A stretch of 64,000 nt of DNA from Squalus acanthias (taxonomy: Eukaryota), in contig CM059432.1 in NCBI GenBank assembly GCA_030390025.1, forward strand, positions 87,422,001-87,486,000, given 5' to 3'. Under the pieces are notes generated by a model, which was not told the DNA's origin, did no database searches, and saw nothing but the letters and a program-made list of their open reading frames with translations. The number at the start of each line of letters is the position of its first letter. Positions within the stretch are counted from its first letter, which is position 1. A program made the translations under genes and the position numbers. Positions 60,097-64,000 of this stretch are shown here, one piece after another.

Positions 60097-60801
60097 GAAC
60101 AGTCTGCAAAGGGATATAGATAGGTTAAGTGAGTGGGCAAAAATTTGGCAGATGGAGTATAATGTGGGAAAATGTGAGGTTATCCACTTTGGTAGGAAGA
60201 ATAGAAAAGCAAAATATTATTTAAAGGGAGAGAGACTACAGAATGCTGCGGTACAGAGGGATCTGGGTGTCCTCGTACATGAAACACAAAAAGTCAGCAT
60301 GCAGGTACGGCAAGTAATTAGGAAGGCAAATGGAATGTTGGCCTTTATTGCAAGGGGGATGGAGTATAAAAGTAGGGAAGTCTTGCTACAACTGTACAGG
60401 GCATTGGTGAGACCACACCTAGAGTACTGCGTACAGTTTTGGTCTCCTTATTTAAGGAGGGATATACTTGCATTGGAGGCTATTCAGAGAAGGTTCACTG
60501 GGTTGATTCCTGGGATGGAAGGGTTGTCTTATGGGGAAAGGTTGAGCAGGTTGTGCCTATACTCATTGGAGTTTAGAAGAATGAGAGGTGATCTTATTGA
60601 AACATATAAGATTCTAAGGGGGCTTGACATGGTAGATGCTGAGAGGATGTTTCCCCTCGTGGAGGAATCTAGAACTAGGGGGCATAGTCTCAGAATAAGG
60701 GGTCGCCCATTTAAGACGGAGATGAGGAGGAATCTCTTCTCTCAGAGGGTCGTGAATCTTTGGAATTCTCTACCCCAGAGAGCTGTGGAGGCTGAGTCAT
60801 T

Positions 60802-61485
60802 GGGCCGGATATTCCGATCCCTGCGGGTGTGTACACGCTGTGTACACACCCGTAGGTACATCGGAAATGCCGGTTTCAGGCATGCCAAGCACATGCGCTG
60901 AAAACCGGCATTTCCGATCTGTCAAGAATGCTCTTGACAGATCGGACGTCTGCCCTGGAGAAGGGCCTCTGCGGGCGGATAGTTCCGCTTTCTGGAGAAC
61001 CTCCGCCTGCAGAAAACCCTTAGAAATCTTACGCCTGGTAAAAGCAGGTGTAAGGCCTGCTTTTACCAGCGTAAGATTTGAAAAAAGTACTTTAAAAAAG
61101 GTAAGTTTATTTTTAGCCCCCGTAAAAAACTTTAATTATTACATTTTTGTTTAAAATATTTAATTTATTGTAATTTCAACTAATTTTAAAAATGTGATTT
61201 AAAAAAAAATGTATTTAATGTTTTAAAGTGTTTTTGGGGTGATCCCCATTTATATATTTGACAGGTCTATCTGTCAAGTGTATGAAGGGAGATTCCCTTC
61301 TTTGATTGGCTCCCCATGGCCCACATGGTCCCAGGGACGCTTACGAACTGCATGCACCTCTGGGATACGTGGGCCCTGCACATTTCGAGTTGGAGAGGCC
61401 CAGGAGCGGAAGTGTCCGGACCACGGGAGCCCTCAGGTAAGGGCGTAGATTTTTTCCAGATCGGAGGCCTCCGCACGCGGGTTTT
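60802..61485 (+). mobile_element. M1 MITE copy with the right TIR lost
   Basis: Homologous to 7552-8021 plus 8917-9175; splits CR1 AESL|NIFK. Confidence 0.88.
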
Positions 61486-62414
61486 AAATATATTCAAGGC
61501 TGAGATTGACAGATTTTTGAACTACAGAGGAGTCAAGGGTTATGGGGAATAGGCAGAAAAGTGGAGTTGAGGCCAAGATCAGATCAGCCATGATCTTATT
61601 GAATGGTGGAGCAGGCTCGAGGGGCCGAATGGCCTACTCCTGCTCCTATTTCTTATGTTCTTATGTAACATTTGAGGTACTCAGGTAATGTGAACCCTCA
61701 TTCCCACACCCACGATGTCCTTTCATCAGCTCAAAGCTGGAAAAGTATCACATTGCTAGAGTACAATGCATATAACCACAACCTACTTTGTCATATTTAT
61801 TTATAGATAAAATATATTGAAGCAAAGCTATAGCAAGATACCAAACAGCGCAATACTTATGCAACAGGATGTTAATAAGTCCACAAAGGGTTTTCAGGAA
61901 GGTGCTTTTCAAATCTTTTAGTGAATTGGGCCTTGGGCCTCCTTTGAACCGAGTTTCTATTACATACATGTAATGGCTAGGCTAATAGAAGACTGAAGAC
62001 CCTGAGAGGGATCCAGCATTCTATGAGAATCTTTTTCTTTGATGAAAAATAATCTCTTGGTCTTAACAAAAGTGCCTAGGCAGAAACCCAGCACATCAAA
62101 CAATGTGTCAATTGTTCCAGAAACAACACTCTTATTATTATTATGCATACCCTCACACTTGTTCTTGACACCTTGAACTCACATTTTGCAAGATGAATTC
62201 ACAGAGTAGTAACGTGCAGGCGGTCCACGGGCTCAAACAGGGCTGCATGTAGTGACACCGCTATTCCCAGCCAGAATGGAGATGAGTGGGTAATTCCCCC
62301 GTCAATCACCCCTGGAGATCACACTGCTGTAAGTGGACCGGGATTGAGTTTACGCGCATAATTCTCCACTCACTCAATTTTGCTGGAGAAATAATCAATT
62401 TTTAATATTTATAT

Positions 62415-63115
62415 ATATGGATAAATGTAAGGTGATGCACTTTGGTAGGAAAAACAGAAACACCATAGAAAATATGAAACTGAATGGGATAGAAGAGCAA
62501 AGGGATCTAGGGATACAGGTGAACAAATCATTCAAAGCAGCATCGCAGGTCAGCAAAGCAATTAAAAATGCTAACAAAGTACTGGGATTTATTTCTAGGG
62601 GTATAGAATTCAAAAGTAGTGAAGTTACGTTAAACTTGTATAGGACCCTGGTCAGGCCGCACTTAGAGTACTGTGCACAGTTCTGATCTCTATACTATAA
62701 AAAGGATGCAGAAGCACTGGAATAGTACAAAAAAGATTTACAAAAATCGTACCAGAACTGAAAGATTACAGCTATCGGGAAAGATTGAACAGGTTGGAGC
62801 TTTTTTCTTTAGAAAAGAGAAGACTTAGCGGAGACCTGATAGAGGACTTCAAAATTATGAATGGGTTGGATAGGGTAGATGTGGAGAGAATCTTTCCACT
62901 TGTGGGAGAATCCAAAGCTAGGGGCCATAAATGCAAGGTAGTTACTAAGAAATCCAATAGGGAAATAAGGAGACATTTCCTTACTCAGAGAGTGGTTACA
63001 ATATGGAACTCGCTACCACAGGAAGTGGTTGAGGCAACTCGCTTAGAAGCTTTCAAAAGGAAACTAGATGAGTACATGAGAGAATAGGGAATAGAAAGAT
63101 ATGCTGAAAGGCTAA
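62415..63115 (+). mobile_element. CR1 3' fragment
   Basis: KCKVMHFG...LEYCAQF, LEKRRLSGDLIE...WNSLP. Confidence 0.88.
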
Positions 63116-63150
63116 TTTGTGCACTTGGAGGTATTGAGACTCAAGATCAG

Positions 63151-64000
63151 GATGGGTGGCACCATGGCTGCCTTAGATTAGACCTCGGACAAGGAGCAAG
63201 ATGACCATCAGCAGCAGCAATAGCCTGCTGTGGAGAGAGCTGTAGGTTGTCAGCACAGATGGGAGCAGCAGCAGAGGGGTCGAGGTCGTAGGAGGCACTA
63301 CCCATGTAACATGGTGTTCAGGCAGAGGCTCAGCTTCCTTGACTTCTCAGAAGAGCAGTGCTTCCGGAGGCTGAGGTTGTCATGTCAGGTGGTGGCAGAC
63401 ATCTGCAGCCTCCCAGAAAAAGATCTGTTTCCTGCTGGACCTGGCAGCCACACATTACCAGTGGTTGTGAAAGTGACCACTGCTCTCAACTTTATTGCCT
63501 CCCAGATTTTTCCAGAGCGCTACCAGAGACATGGCCAGGATCTCCTAGTCGGCTGCACATAAATGCATAAGGCAGGTGACTGATGGGTTATTTGCCAGGG
63601 CCGACAATTATATCAATTTCGCCTGTGATGACACTAGTCAGAATGAGTGGGCGCCCGAGTTTGTGTCTCTGGCTGGCTTCCCGCAGGTGCACGGCATTGT
63701 CGACTGCACACATGTGGCAATCTGCACATCCCTCGATCAACCAGGAGTATTCGTAAACCGCAAGGGATTCTATTCAACCAATGTTCAGTTGGTGTACAAC
63801 CACAACAAAAGGCTTATGCAGGCATGCGCAAAATTCCCTGGGAGCTGCCATGACGCTTTCATCCTGTGGCAGTCCAAGCTCCCCAATCTACAATCAGACT
63901 TAATGGGTGGCTGCTAGGAGACAAAGGATACCTACTTCAAACTTGGCTGATGACACCAGTGAGGAACCCCACCAATGAAGTCCAGGAGCGGTACAATGAA
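63151..64000 (+). pseudogene. Harbinger transposase pseudogene (runs off the window)
   Basis: FRQRLSF..RLRLS, GIVDCTHVA, NRKGFYSTNVQ, PGSCHD, LLGDKGY; stops and frameshifts. Confidence 0.9.

Larger units (their letters stand above)
59187..61666 (+). mobile_element. 5'-truncated CR1 interrupted by two MITEs
   Basis: RT pieces 59187-59447, 60097-60801, 61486-61552; TTCTTATG tail. Confidence 0.93.

Noticed and set aside
1..64000. CRISPR arrays, prokaryotic operons, retrons or defence systems
   Set aside because: No regularly spaced repeat-spacer array; all RT and nuclease domains belong to eukaryotic CR1/L2, Penelope or Harbinger elements, and spliceosomal introns are present

Overview
Eukaryotic, almost entirely repetitive DNA. 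The mix of CR1 LINEs with GAACATAA/GAAACATA tails, Penelope-like elements, a tRNA-derived Deu-type SINE and PIF/Harbinger transposons suggests a cartilaginous fish (shark); this is an inference, not a database result. No intact host gene, rRNA, tRNA or CRISPR array was found. Main contents: (i) many nested CR1 LINEs, including one full-length copy (22811-28281) and a near-identical inverted 5'-truncated sister (2012-5370) whose flanks are reciprocally swapped, indicating a 19-26 kb inversion (or a mis-assembly); (ii) a dense set of Harbinger elements: one apparently intact autonomous element (43610-47773; DDE transposase plus 3-exon Myb/SANT gene) nested in an older one, a second near-complete element (54438-58742; intact Myb gene, frameshifted transposase), several remnants and eight 0.65-0.9 kb non-autonomous copies, most with clear 3-bp TSDs; (iii) two MITE families carrying perfect 5' splice-site consensus sequences next to promoter-type motifs, possibly mobile promoter/first-exon cassettes; (iv) Penelope-like elements with minimal hammerhead ribozymes; (v) a LINE with a tRNA-like Pol III head; (vi) phase-compatible decayed exons of an unidentified minus-strand host pseudogene at about 49.3-54.3 kb. 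All coordinates were read by eye; boundaries of decayed repeats are approximate.
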